Shown here in pieces: positions 29,034 through 38,226 of a stretch of 64,000 nucleotides of DNA. This DNA is from an uncultured Thermoanaerobaculia bacterium. Lineage in GTDB: Bacteria > Acidobacteriota > Thermoanaerobaculia > Multivoradales > JAGPDF01. The notes below the pieces were generated by a model. The model was not told where the DNA came from and searched no databases. It saw only the letters and a list, made by a program, of their open reading frames with translations. The stretch covers positions 89,912 through 153,911 of the forward strand of contig CAYYIK010000001.1 of NCBI GenBank assembly GCA_964471955.1. Direction: 5' to 3'. A program made the translations under genes and the position numbers. Numbering within the stretch: the first letter of the stretch is position 1; every line of letters begins with the position of its first letter.

Positions 29034-29827
29034 CAGATCACCCTCGCTTCCGCGCGCAGCTTGCCGGCCAGCTCCCTGGCCGCCGTCACCGCGTCTCCTT
29101 CGAAGATCTGCGCCCCGCCGGCCGCCTCCGGGAAGCCGATCGAGAGCACTTCGAGTCGCGAGCCGGCCGCCCCGACCTGATCCGCCGTCAGTCCCAGGTC
29201 GGCCGGCGAGACCGCTGCGATCTCCTTCTTCTTTGCGGCCATGATCCCCTTGAGCGAGGCGTAGCGTGGACGGTTCAGTCCCGCCTGCACCTCGAGAACC
29301 GCCGGCATCGGCAGGCGGAGGATCTCGTTGACGCCGCTCTCCATCTCGCGCACCACCCGCAGCGCGCCGCCACCCGTTTCGGGCTCGATCCCCATCACCA
29401 GCCAGGCGTGCGGCCAGCCCAGATGGCCGGCGATTACCGTGCCGGTGGCGCCGAAACCGAAATCGCTCGACTGCGAGCCGGTGAGCACCAGGTCGAACGG
29501 TTCACGGGCGATGGCCGCGGCCAGCGCGCGACCGGTCGCCGCGGCGTCGCCGCCGGCGAACGACGGGTCGCCCAGGAACACGGCACGCGCCGCGCCGAGC
29601 GCCAGCGCCTTGCGCAGGGCTTCACGGACCCGTTCGGGCCCGAGGCTGAACACGACCACTTCGCCGCCGCTGCCCTCGGCCAGCTGCAGCGCGGCTTCGA
29701 GGGCGCACTCGTCGCTCTCGTTGATGACGAAGGGCAGGTCCTCCTCCTCGATCCAGCGCCCGTCGCGCGCCACGCGCAGGCGGGCCTCGGTGTCGGGAAC
29801 CTGCTTCACACAGACCGCGATCTTCAT
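29033..29827 (-). CDS. etfB: Electron transfer flavoprotein subunit beta
   Basis: MKIAVCVKQVPD start and NE.DE.ALE.AL. Its stop overlaps the etfA start (TGATG). Confidence 0.93.
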   Translation of the reverse strand: MKIAVCVKQVPDTEARLRVARDGRWIEEEDLPFVINESDECALEAALQLAEGSGGEVVVFSLGPERVREALRKALALGAARAVFLGDPSFAGGDAAATGRALAAAIAREPFDLVLTGSQSSDFGFGATGTVIAGHLGWPHAWLVMGIEPETGGGALRVVREMESGVNEILRLPMPAVLEVQAGLNRPRYASLKGIMAAKKKEIAAVSPADLGLTADQVGAAGSRLEVLSIGFPEAAGGAQIFEGDAVTAARELAGKLRAEARVI

Positions 29828-29906
29828 GCTTCGACACCCCTTTCGGACCCCGGAAACTTAGGCTGCGGCGGCAATCCGAGTCAACGCACGCGGGCCCCAT
29901 CGTTGC

Positions 29907-30692
29907 ATGGACACCCGGCGGAGGCGCGTGCTACCTTTCGCCGCACCCGCGAGGACCCGAATGCTCCAGCTCTTCATTCCATCGCTTTCGTTCGTCGCCA
30001 GCACGACCCCGGGGGGCGGGCTCGTCGAGGCCTTCCTCAGCTCGGGCCCGATGGCGCTGTTCGTGCTCGGCTCGCTGGCCCTGCTTTCGCTGGGATCCTG
30101 GGCGGTGCTGATCTGGAAATTTCTGCTGATCCGCCGCGCCCGGGGGCACAGCCGCAGGTTTCTCGAGACCTTCCGCAACAGCAAGCGTTTCAACGAGGTC
30201 AGCGCCGCCACCGCGCGGGTCGCCGCCTCGCCGCTGGTGGGGGTCTTCCAGGCCGGCTACGCGGAGATCGACGGCCAGATCCGTGCGCAGGCCGAGGAGC
30301 CGGGCACCGAGAAGGGGCGTTACCGGATCCGCTCGCTGGCCGGCGTCGAGCGCTCGCTGCGTCGCGCCATCGCGGTGGAGACCCAGACTCTGGTGCGCGG
30401 CGCCTCGTTCCTGGCCACCACGGCGGCGGCGGCGCCGTTCATCGGCCTGTTCGGAACCGTCTGGGGCATCATGCGCGCCTTCGAGGACATCGGCCGCACC
30501 GGATCGACTTCGCTGGTCGCGGTCGCTCCCGGCATCGCGGAGGCGCTGGTCAACACCGCCGCCGGCCTGGCGGCGGCGATCCCAGCCCTGATCGGCTACA
30601 ACTACCTGGGCGGCCACTTCAAGCGGTTGCGGGCGCTGATGGAGGACTTCGCGCTCGAGTTCATGAACCTCTCCGAGCGCAACTTCACCTGA
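29907..30692 (+). CDS. tolQ: Tol-Pal system protein TolQ (MotA/TolQ/ExbB proton channel)
   Basis: AAPFIGLFGTVWGIM.AF and VAPGIAEAL..TA.GL..AIPA. An alternative ATG at 29961 is possible. Confidence 0.88.
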   Translation: MDTRRRRVLPFAAPARTRMLQLFIPSLSFVASTTPGGGLVEAFLSSGPMALFVLGSLALLSLGSWAVLIWKFLLIRRARGHSRRFLETFRNSKRFNEVSAATARVAASPLVGVFQAGYAEIDGQIRAQAEEPGTEKGRYRIRSLAGVERSLRRAIAVETQTLVRGASFLATTAAAAPFIGLFGTVWGIMRAFEDIGRTGSTSLVAVAPGIAEALVNTAAGLAAAIPALIGYNYLGGHFKRLRALMEDFALEFMNLSERNFT

Positions 30693-30696
30693 GCCC

Positions 30697-31122
30697 ATGG
30701 CGTTCCTGACTGGCGGCGAAGAGCAGGAAGTCCTCTCCGACATCAACATCACGCCGCTGGTCGACGTGATGCTGGTCCTGCTGATCATCTTCATGATCAC
30801 CGCGCCGATGCTCCATCAGGGGATCGAAGTGGCGCTGCCGAAGTCCGAGGCACCGGCGATCCCCAACCGCGCGTCCGATCCGGTCGTACTGTCGATCAAC
30901 CGGGACGGCCTCATCTACCTCAAGGATCGCCCGGTCCACCCCACCAAGTTGATCGAAGTCCTCACGCCGCTGCTGCGCGGCCGGTCCGACGAGACGGTCT
31001 TCCTCAAGGGGGACCGCGACGTTCCTTACGGCCGCGTGGTCGAGGTGCTGGATACCCTGCACCGGGGCGGCATCGTCAAAGTCGGCATGGTCACCGAGCG
31101 ACCGGACGAGCCGCGGCGCTGA
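30697..31122 (+). CDS. tolR: Tol-Pal system protein TolR (ExbD/TolR family)
   Basis: INITPLVDVMLVLLIIFMITAP and a periplasmic domain V.LK.D....G.VV.V.D. Confidence 0.88.
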   Translation: MAFLTGGEEQEVLSDINITPLVDVMLVLLIIFMITAPMLHQGIEVALPKSEAPAIPNRASDPVVLSINRDGLIYLKDRPVHPTKLIEVLTPLLRGRSDETVFLKGDRDVPYGRVVEVLDTLHRGGIVKVGMVTERPDEPRR

Positions 31123-31126
31123 GCCG

Positions 31127-31870
31127 ATGGCCGACGCCGTCTCGACGCTGCTCGATCGCCGCCGCGCTGGCCCCGGCCGGCGATCGCTCGGCACCGCCAC
31201 CGGCCTGGCGATCTGCCTGCATGCGCTGATGGTCGCCACGGCGATCCTGGCGCCGCGCCTGTTCGGCCGGCCGCCCGAGCCGCCGCGCTACGTGGCGGTG
31301 CAGATCGTCCCGGCCGCGCGGCTGGGCGTCGAGACTCCGAAGCCGGCTCCCCCGCCGCCCCGAGCCGAGACGCGCAAGCCCGAACCGGTCCCCGAGGCCG
31401 CGCCGCCTCCGGCCGAGACCCCGCGGCTGCCCGAGGAGAAACCGCGGCCCGCGCCGGCCCCCCGCCCGGCACGGCCCGCCGAGCCGGAGCCGGCCGACAG
31501 CCCGGCCGCGAGCGGCGCCGAGAGCACCGTGCAGGGCACTCCGACCGGCGCCGCCTCCGGTCTCGCGCTGGGAGCCGCGGTTGCAGGATTCGACAACCCC
31601 GATTTCACGTACGGCTACTACGTCGACCAGATGCTGGCCCTTATCTCGCGCAACTGGGTGCGCCCTCCGGTGGGCTCGGGGGTCGAGGCGACGCTCCATT
31701 TCACGATCCAGCGCGACGGGCGAATCTCCGACCTGCGCGTCTCGCAGTCCTCCGGCATCAACAGCTTCGACCTCGCCGCCCTGCGCGCCGTACAATCCGC
31801 TTCCCCGTTGCCGCCGCTGCCGAGCGCCTTCCGCGAGTCGACGCTCGGAGTCAACCTGATCGTCCGCTGA
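31127..31870 (+). CDS. tolA: TolA-like/TonB-family energy transducer (TM anchor, Pro/Ala/Glu-rich spacer, TonB_C domain)
   Basis: Positioned between tolR and tolB. C-terminal Y...L...I...W..P......V.A.L.F.I.RDG.I......QSSG....D.AAL.AV..ASPLPPLP. Confidence 0.75.
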   Translation: MADAVSTLLDRRRAGPGRRSLGTATGLAICLHALMVATAILAPRLFGRPPEPPRYVAVQIVPAARLGVETPKPAPPPPRAETRKPEPVPEAAPPPAETPRLPEEKPRPAPAPRPARPAEPEPADSPAASGAESTVQGTPTGAASGLALGAAVAGFDNPDFTYGYYVDQMLALISRNWVRPPVGSGVEATLHFTIQRDGRISDLRVSQSSGINSFDLAALRAVQSASPLPPLPSAFRESTLGVNLIVR

Positions 31871-31885
31871 AGGAGTCCCGACTCG

Positions 31886-33265
31886 ATGAAGATCCCCGCC
31901 CCGGCACGGACCCTCGCCGCCCTCCCCCTGCTGGCCCTGCTGGCGGGAGGAGCCGTCGGCCAGACCGCTCCGCCGCCTCCCGCCGGATCGCCCGACCTGC
32001 CGCCGCCGGTCGATGCCCAGGGGATCACCGTCGTCCTCGACAAGGGCAACGAAGTGCCGATCATCGGCCTCGCGGTGCCGGCGCTGCCCGGGCTCTCCGC
32101 CCTTCCCGGAACGGCCGCCAACGCCGCCCGCGAGCTCGACCAGACGCTGCGCCGGGACCTCGAGCGCACCGGAGTCTTCCAGCTGATCGGCCCCGACGAG
32201 CTGGCGGTGCTCACCCTGAGCGGCGACCTCGAGCGCGATGCGGATCACTATCGGTCGCTCGGCGCATCGATGCTGCTCCAGCACGAGATTCGCGTCGAGG
32301 CGGACCGACTGGTGCTCGAAGGGCGCCTGATCGACCTGGCCAGCCGCCAGACCATCGTCGGCAAGCGCTACCGCGGTGCCTTCGACCTGGCGCGCCGGAT
32401 CGCTCACACCTTCGCCGACGAGATCGTCCTCTTTCTCACTTCGCGGCGCGGCATCGCCCTGACGTCCATCGCCTTCGTCTCCGACCGGGACGGTTCGAAG
32501 GAGGTCTACCTGATGGACTACGACGGCCACGACCAGCGGCCGGTCACCGCCCACAAGTCGATCTCGATGAGCCCTGCCTGGGGCGGGCGGCCGGATCTGC
32601 TGGCGTACGTCTCCTTCTTCGGCGGGCAGGGGCCGGCGCTCTATTTCGCCGACGTCGCCAGCGGCCGCAAGACTCCCCTGGTGACCGACGGCACCCTCAA
32701 CGCCTCGCCGGCGGTCTCCCCCGATGGCCGCCAGGTCGCCTTCGCGCGAGCCCTCGGGGCGAACATCGAGATCTTCCTCTGCGAGCGTGACGGCTCCGGG
32801 GTCCGGCGGCTGACCAACTCCGGCGGCATCGACACCAACCCGGCCTGGAGTCCGTCCGGCCAGGAGATCGCCTTCACTTCGAGCCGCGCCGGATCGCCGC
32901 AGATCTACGTGATGGACCGCGAGGGGACCAATGTCCGCCGTGTCACCTTCCAGGGCGACTACAACGACGGCGCATCCTGGAGCCCGGACGGGACCCGGCT
33001 GGCCTTCGCCACCCGCGCGGAACGCAACCGGTTCGACATCGCGGTCCTCGACCTCGTCACCCTGTCGAGCGTCCGGCTCACGTCCGGCTCGGGATCCAAC
33101 GAGTCGCCGAGCTTCTCGCCGGACGGCCGCCGGGTCGCCTTCGCCTCGACGCGCACGGGCCGGCCGCAGATCTTCTCGATCGAAGCGCGGGCCGGCGGCG
33201 CCGCGGAACAGCTGACCACCGTCGGCTCCAACTCGGCCCCCGACTGGTCCGGATACGCCCCCTGA
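31886..33265 (+). CDS. tolB: Tol-Pal system beta-propeller protein TolB
   Basis: Repeated P.WSPDG/FSPDG propeller blades, a signal peptide, and its position in the cluster. Confidence 0.92.
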   Translation: MKIPAPARTLAALPLLALLAGGAVGQTAPPPPAGSPDLPPPVDAQGITVVLDKGNEVPIIGLAVPALPGLSALPGTAANAARELDQTLRRDLERTGVFQLIGPDELAVLTLSGDLERDADHYRSLGASMLLQHEIRVEADRLVLEGRLIDLASRQTIVGKRYRGAFDLARRIAHTFADEIVLFLTSRRGIALTSIAFVSDRDGSKEVYLMDYDGHDQRPVTAHKSISMSPAWGGRPDLLAYVSFFGGQGPALYFADVASGRKTPLVTDGTLNASPAVSPDGRQVAFARALGANIEIFLCERDGSGVRRLTNSGGIDTNPAWSPSGQEIAFTSSRAGSPQIYVMDREGTNVRRVTFQGDYNDGASWSPDGTRLAFATRAERNRFDIAVLDLVTLSSVRLTSGSGSNESPSFSPDGRRVAFASTRTGRPQIFSIEARAGGAAEQLTTVGSNSAPDWSGYAP

Positions 33266-33301
33266 CCCCGGGCCCGCCGCGCGCCGGAGTCTTCGGCTCG
33301 A

Positions 33302-33330
33302 TTGAGCTGAGGAACGGAATTTGCTACGTT
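33302..33330 (+). promoter_or_regulatory. Putative internal promoter for pal (TTGAGC-N17-TACGTT)
   Basis: Hexamers at 33302-33307 and 33325-33330 in the 123-nt tolB-pal spacer. Confidence 0.3.
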
Positions 33331-33388
33331 TCGTCCCGGATCGACAAATCGACGCGCCGCAAGGCGCGCATTTCGAAGGGGAGAACCC

Positions 33389-33967
33389 ATGAGACTCGGA
33401 AGGAGCCGCTGGATCGTCGCCCTGGCGCTGGTTGCGCTGCTGCCCGCCTGCGCGAAGAAGAAGCCCCAGACCACTCCGGACCTGGACGCCAACACGGTCA
33501 CCACCCCTGCCGAGCCGACCACGGAAGTCGACCCCCGCGCCCAGGCCGAGCCGATGGACGCGACACCCGATCCGCTCGCCGGAGACATCGCCGCGGTCAA
33601 CGAGTATCTCGCCGCCAACGGCCTTCTCGGCGACGTCTACTTCGACTTCGACCGCTCGGATCTGCGCGAGGACTCCCGTTCCCGCCTGGCCCGCAACGCC
33701 GAGTGGCTGCGTGCCCATCCGGAGTTCGAGGTGACGCTCGAGGGCCATTGCGACGAGCGCGGCACCAATGACTACAACATCGCACTGGGTCAGCGCCGGG
33801 CCGCGGCCGCCAGGGAGTACCTCGTGTCGCTCGGCGTCGCCTCCTCGCGACTGCGCACGCTCTCCTACGGCGAGGAGCGCCCTCAGTGCACGTCGAGCGA
33901 CGAGTCGTGCTGGTCGCGCAACCGGCGCGCCCACTTCCTGGTCACCGGCCGCACCGACGCGAACTGA
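33389..33967 (+). CDS. pal: Peptidoglycan-associated lipoprotein Pal (OmpA-like domain)
   Basis: Lipobox ALLPACA and the OmpA_C block VYFDFD.S.L......L..NA.WL...P.....LEGHCDERGT..YN.ALG.RRA.A...YL...GV. Confidence 0.93.
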   Translation: MRLGRSRWIVALALVALLPACAKKKPQTTPDLDANTVTTPAEPTTEVDPRAQAEPMDATPDPLAGDIAAVNEYLAANGLLGDVYFDFDRSDLREDSRSRLARNAEWLRAHPEFEVTLEGHCDERGTNDYNIALGQRRAAAAREYLVSLGVASSRLRTLSYGEERPQCTSSDESCWSRNRRAHFLVTGRTDAN

Positions 33968-33986
33968 ACGCGGCGAGCGCCAGTCG

Positions 33987-34784
33987 ATGAACCGCCACCT
34001 CCTCCCCGCCACGCTGCTCGCGTCGCTCGCCCTGACCGGTTGCGTTTCCTCGACCGACATCGACGAGCTGCGGGCGCAGCTGGCGGAGATCCAGCGCCAG
34101 GTCCTGCAGATCCAGGCGCAGACGTCGAGCAAGGAGGAGGTGGCGAATCTGCAGGAGAATCTGCGGGCCCAGACGGACCAGCTCCTCAAGGCCGAGGCCG
34201 ACATGAGAGCCGACCTCGGCTCGCTGTCGAATCAGATCTCCACGCTGCAGGGGCAGCTGGAGGACACCAACTACCGGCTCGGTCAGCTCTCGCAGCAGAT
34301 CGCTTCCACCAGCCAGGATCTCAAGGCGGTGCGCAGCGCCGCGATCCCGCCCGCGGGTGAAACGCTGCCGGCACCGATCTCGGCGACCGACCCGGAGTCT
34401 CTGTACCAGACGTCCTACAGCGACTATCTGCGCGGCAACTACGATCTGGCCCTGCTGGGATTCCGCCAGTACCTCGAGGCCTACCCCGACACCGACCTGG
34501 CCGACAACGCCTCGTACTGGATCGGCGAGTGCTTCTACCGCCAGCAGAAGTACGCCGAGGCGATCGCCGAATACGACCAGGTTTTCGCGCGCTGGCCGCG
34601 CAGCGACAAGACGGCGAGCGCGCTGCTCAAGAAGGGCTATGCGCTGATCGAGCTCGGCAGGCGCGACGAAGGGGTCGCCCGCCTGCAGGAGGTCGTCAGC
34701 ACCTTCCCCAGCTCGGACGAGGCCAATCTGGCCCGCCAGCGGCTCCAGAGCCTCGGGGTTGCGGCCGCGCCCGGGCGTCGATAA
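33987..34784 (+). CDS. cpoB: Tol-Pal system protein CpoB/YbgF (coiled coil plus TPR)
   Basis: Lipoprotein-like signal MNRHLLPATLLASLALTGC, a coiled-coil region, and a TPR block Y......Y..A...F..Y...YP.......A.YW.GE. Sits downstream of pal. Confidence 0.88.
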   Translation: MNRHLLPATLLASLALTGCVSSTDIDELRAQLAEIQRQVLQIQAQTSSKEEVANLQENLRAQTDQLLKAEADMRADLGSLSNQISTLQGQLEDTNYRLGQLSQQIASTSQDLKAVRSAAIPPAGETLPAPISATDPESLYQTSYSDYLRGNYDLALLGFRQYLEAYPDTDLADNASYWIGECFYRQQKYAEAIAEYDQVFARWPRSDKTASALLKKGYALIELGRRDEGVARLQEVVSTFPSSDEANLARQRLQSLGVAAAPGRR

Positions 34785-34874
34785 ACTACCGTCTTCCCGC
34801 GACTTGTCGCGCCGCCGCGGCGCGCGGTCGAGCCCGTACACAGCGTCCCCCCGGGGACGGCAAGGAGCCTCACG

Positions 34875-35141
34875 ATGGCGAACACCAAGTCGGCCAAGAA
34901 GCGCGCCGCGAAGTCGGCCCTGCAGCGCGAGAAGAATCGCGCCGCCCGTTCCACCATGCGGACGGCGGTCAAGAAGGTCCGCAAGGCCGTAGGTCGCGGT
35001 GATGCCCAGGCCGCCGAGGCGTCCCTCGCCGAGGCGATCTCGACCGTCGACCGGACCGCCCAGAAGGGGGTCGTCCACCGCAACACCGCGGCGCGCACCA
35101 AGTCCCGCCTGACGGCGGCGGTGCGCAAGCTCGCCAAGTGA
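34875..35141 (+). CDS. rpsT: 30S ribosomal protein S20
   Basis: MANTKSAKKRA... in 88 aa, with AAGGAG Shine-Dalgarno upstream. Confidence 0.95.
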   Translation: MANTKSAKKRAAKSALQREKNRAARSTMRTAVKKVRKAVGRGDAQAAEASLAEAISTVDRTAQKGVVHRNTAARTKSRLTAAVRKLAK

Positions 35142-35176
35142 GCCCGGACTGACCGGCCGGATGGCCGACGACTCTC

Positions 35177-35215
35177 GAAGCCGCGTCTCCTCGGGACCCC
35201 GGGGGGCGCGGCTTC
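35177..35215. terminator. Hairpin between convergent rpsT and lptE (possible bidirectional terminator)
   Basis: GAAGCCGCG ... CGCGGCTTC 9-bp stem, followed on the plus strand by CGCCGTTTC. Confidence 0.4.
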
Positions 35216-35230
35216 CGCCGTTTCAGCGAC

Positions 35231-35749
35231 TCAGAACCCCTCCAGCAGGTCGGTAACCATGGTCTCGGCAAACTTGCGCGCCGTCGCCTCGATCGCCGGC
35301 GTCTCGCGGTCGAAGTAGCCCAGTTCCGACGCCTCCAGCCGGTAACTGTCGCGAAACTGGTAGCGGTCGTTCTCCCAGATCACCGCTTCGGGCGAGAGCT
35401 GGCGGAAAGCCACCTGGACGGTGATCAGAATCTCGTACTCGGTCGCCCGGCCCTGGTTGTCGTAAGAGACCGGGCGGACGTTGAAGGTCGACACGCCGCC
35501 GGCGATCACCGCGTCGGCGGCGCCCTCCTCGCCGGTGAGGATCTCGAAACGGCGGCGGGCCACCAGCTCGTCGGCCAGGGCACGGGTCAGGATCTGCTCG
35601 ACCTGCACGCGGCTGGTGCGGTTCTCGAGCGGGTCCAGCCGCACGACCCGGATCCCCTCCGGGATGTTGGAGGCGGTGCCGACGAGGCGATAACCGCAGG
35701 CGGCCAGGAGCCCGGCGGTCAGGATGAGGATGGCCAGGCGCGCGCGCAT
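35231..35749 (-). CDS. lptE: LPS-assembly lipoprotein LptE (RlpB)
   Basis: Lipobox LLAACGYRL, the classic position immediately downstream of leuS (TGATG overlap), about 170 aa. Confidence 0.8.
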   Translation of the reverse strand: MRARLAILILTAGLLAACGYRLVGTASNIPEGIRVVRLDPLENRTSRVQVEQILTRALADELVARRRFEILTGEEGAADAVIAGGVSTFNVRPVSYDNQGRATEYEILITVQVAFRQLSPEAVIWENDRYQFRDSYRLEASELGYFDRETPAIEATARKFAETMVTDLLEGF

Positions 35750-38226
35750 CAGACGCTCTCCCTTCGGGTAACGATGTTGACCAGTCGTCCGGGGACGAAG
35801 ACGCATTTTGCGAGCTCCCGCCCCCCCATGTGCTCGCGGACCTTCTCGCTGGCCAGGGCCGCGGAGCGGACCCGCGCTTCACCGGCGTCAGCGTCGACTT
35901 CGATCCGGTCGCGCAGCTTGCCGTCGACCTGGACCACGAGTACCACCCTGTCGCGCCGGATCTTCGACTCGTCGGCGACCGGCCAGTCGGAGTCGAGCAG
36001 GCTGTCGGTGTGTCCACGCCGCTCCCAGATCTCCTCGGTCATGTGCGGCGCGATGGGGTGCAGAAGCTGCACGAGCGTATCGAGCGTTTCGGCGATCACC
36101 AGCTTCGAGGCGGTCTTCTCCTCGACGGCTCGTGAAAGTGCGTTGAGCAGCTCCATCAGTCCGGCGACGGCGGTATTGAACTTGAATCGATCGTAGTCAC
36201 GCGAAACCCGCTGGATGGCGACGTGCCGCGCCCGCTCGAGCTCGGCGTCGGCCGGCGCGGTCGGCGGTGCCTCGTCAGCGCGCTCGGCGACCCGCCAGAG
36301 CCGATGCAGGAATCGCTGGGCGCCGGCGACCGCCTCGTCGTTCCACTCGACCTCGTCCTCCGGCGGCCCCAGGAACAGCGTGTAGACCCGTTCGGTGTCG
36401 GCTCCCGACTCGTCGATGATCTCGTCGGGCGAAACCGTGTTGCCACGCCGCTTCGACATCTTCTCGATCCGGCCGGTCTGCTCGGCGTAGCGCGTGATCA
36501 TTCCCTGGTTGAACAGATTGGAGAACGGCTCCTCGCAGCCCACCAGACCGAGATCGTGGAGGACCCGGCAGATGAAGCGGGCGTAAAGAAGGTGGAGGAT
36601 CGCGTGCTCGATGCCCCCGATGTACTGGTCGACCGGCATCCAGCGATCCGCCACCGCGCGATCGAACATGCGTTCGCCCTCGCGCGGCGAGAGATAGCGC
36701 AGGTAGTACCAGGAGCTGTCCACGAAAGTGTCCATGGTGTCCGTTTCGCGGCGCGCCGGCCCGCCGCACTTCGGACAGCCGGTCTGCGAGAACTCCGGGT
36801 GCCGCGTCAGCGGATTCCCCTCGCGGCCCGAGAACTCGACGTCGTAGGGCAGTTCGACGGGGAGCCGGTCATCGGGTACAGGCACGATGCCGCACCCGTC
36901 GCAGTAGACGACCGGAATCGGCGTTCCCCAGTAGCGCTGCCTCGAGATCAGCCAGTCGCGCAGCCGGTAGGTCACCTTGCGCCGCCCGATCCCTTCGGCC
37001 TCGAGCCACTCGGTGAAGCGCGAGATCGTCGGCTCTCCGGGAGCCAGGCCGTCGAACTGCGTGCCGGTACCGGAGATCACCCCCTCGTGGGCGACCGCTT
37101 CGGTCATCGTGGAGGCATCCGTCCGGTCGCCCTCCGGATGGTAGACGAGGCGCACACCGAGTCCGTTGGCGCGCGCGAAGTCGAGATCTCGCTGGTCGTG
37201 CGCCGGGACGCCCATGACCGCCCCGGTGCCATAGTCGGGCAGGACATAGTTGGCCAGCCAGATCGGCACTCGCTCGCCGGTCGCCGGATGGACGGCGTAC
37301 CGGCCGGTCGCCCGCCCCTCTTTCGGCGCATCCTCGCCCTCGCGCTGGATCCGCGGGGTGTTGCGCACCCTTTCGATCCAGGCCTCCAGCTCGGCGCGGT
37401 CGGCGTGGCTCTCGATCAGGCCGGGAACCGCCGGGTGCTCCGGGGCCAGGACGAGGAAGGTCGCGCCATGCAGCGTATCCGGCCGGGTGGTGAAGACGGT
37501 GAGCCGATCGCCGCCCTCGATGCGAAAGTCGATCTCCGCTCCCTGCGAGCGCCCGATCCAGTTGCGCTGCATGGTCTTGACCTTCTCCGGCCAGCCGTCG
37601 AGCGTGTCGAGGCCGGCGAGGAGACGGTCAGCGTAGCCCGTGATGCGCAGAAACCACTGCTCGAGATCGCGCTGTACCACGGCGGTCGAACAGCGTTCGC
37701 AGTTGCCGTCGATCACCTGTTCGTTGGCCAGCACGGTGCGGCAGTCCGGGCACCAGTTGACCGGTGCCCGCTTCTTGTAGGCGATCCCCTTCTCCAGCAG
37801 GCGCAGGAAGAGCCACTGGTTCCATCGATAGTACTCGGGAAGGCAGGAGGTGACTTCCTTCGACCAGTCGTAGAGGATCCCCCAGCGCCGGAACTGCTTC
37901 TTCATCACCCGGATGTTCTCGAGCGTCCAGTCGCGCGGATGGACTCCGCGCTGGATCGCCGCATTCTCCGCCGGCAGACCGAAGGAGTCCCAGCCCATGG
38001 GGTTGAGTGCCCGGTGACCACGCATGCGCAGGTAACGGTAGAGAGCGTCCCCGAGAATGTAGTTGCGCCCGTGCCCGACGTGCAGCCGATCCCCCGAGGG
38101 GTACGGGAACATCATCAGCATGTAGCGCTTGTTCTTCGCGTTGCGCAGGTCGACCTCGGCGGTCCGCGACTTCTCCCAGCGGTCCTGCCACTTCGCTTCG
38201 ACCGTCCGATGGTCGTACGGATTCAT
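35749..38226 (-). CDS. leuS: Leucine-tRNA ligase
   Basis: MNPYDHRTVEAKWQ..W, the HIGH-type motif (PYPSG.LHVGH) and a KMSKS-type motif (KMSKRRGN). Start set at the ATG in an ATGA overlap with the upstream gene; the 107-codon extension in the ORF track is rejected. Confidence 0.95.
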   Translation of the reverse strand: MNPYDHRTVEAKWQDRWEKSRTAEVDLRNAKNKRYMLMMFPYPSGDRLHVGHGRNYILGDALYRYLRMRGHRALNPMGWDSFGLPAENAAIQRGVHPRDWTLENIRVMKKQFRRWGILYDWSKEVTSCLPEYYRWNQWLFLRLLEKGIAYKKRAPVNWCPDCRTVLANEQVIDGNCERCSTAVVQRDLEQWFLRITGYADRLLAGLDTLDGWPEKVKTMQRNWIGRSQGAEIDFRIEGGDRLTVFTTRPDTLHGATFLVLAPEHPAVPGLIESHADRAELEAWIERVRNTPRIQREGEDAPKEGRATGRYAVHPATGERVPIWLANYVLPDYGTGAVMGVPAHDQRDLDFARANGLGVRLVYHPEGDRTDASTMTEAVAHEGVISGTGTQFDGLAPGEPTISRFTEWLEAEGIGRRKVTYRLRDWLISRQRYWGTPIPVVYCDGCGIVPVPDDRLPVELPYDVEFSGREGNPLTRHPEFSQTGCPKCGGPARRETDTMDTFVDSSWYYLRYLSPREGERMFDRAVADRWMPVDQYIGGIEHAILHLLYARFICRVLHDLGLVGCEEPFSNLFNQGMITRYAEQTGRIEKMSKRRGNTVSPDEIIDESGADTERVYTLFLGPPEDEVEWNDEAVAGAQRFLHRLWRVAERADEAPPTAPADAELERARHVAIQRVSRDYDRFKFNTAVAGLMELLNALSRAVEEKTASKLVIAETLDTLVQLLHPIAPHMTEEIWERRGHTDSLLDSDWPVADESKIRRDRVVLVVQVDGKLRDRIEVDADAGEARVRSAALASEKVREHMGGRELAKCVFVPGRLVNIVTRRESV

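Noticed and set aside
29795-29815. A second Rex half-site (TGTGAAGCAGGTTCCCGA on the minus strand) at the start of etfB.
   Set aside because: Only one half-site matches. The sequence encodes the conserved EtfB N-terminus (CVKQVPD), so the resemblance is most simply coding-driven.
31091-34204. Very long antisense ORFs. Examples are 31091..34204 (1037 aa), 5893..8715 (940 aa), 3452..5965 (837 aa), 8204..10288 (694 aa), 18972..21083 (703 aa), 52518..54449 (643 aa) and 55816..57714 (632 aa), plus many overlapping same-strand ORFs.
   Set aside because: They lie opposite, or out of frame with, genes that carry unmistakable family motifs (tolB/pal, lptB/rpoN, nuoL/M/N and others). Their translations are Arg/Pro/Gly/Ala-rich low-complexity sequence with no recognisable motifs. 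Stop codons are simply rare in the non-coding frames of very GC-rich DNA.
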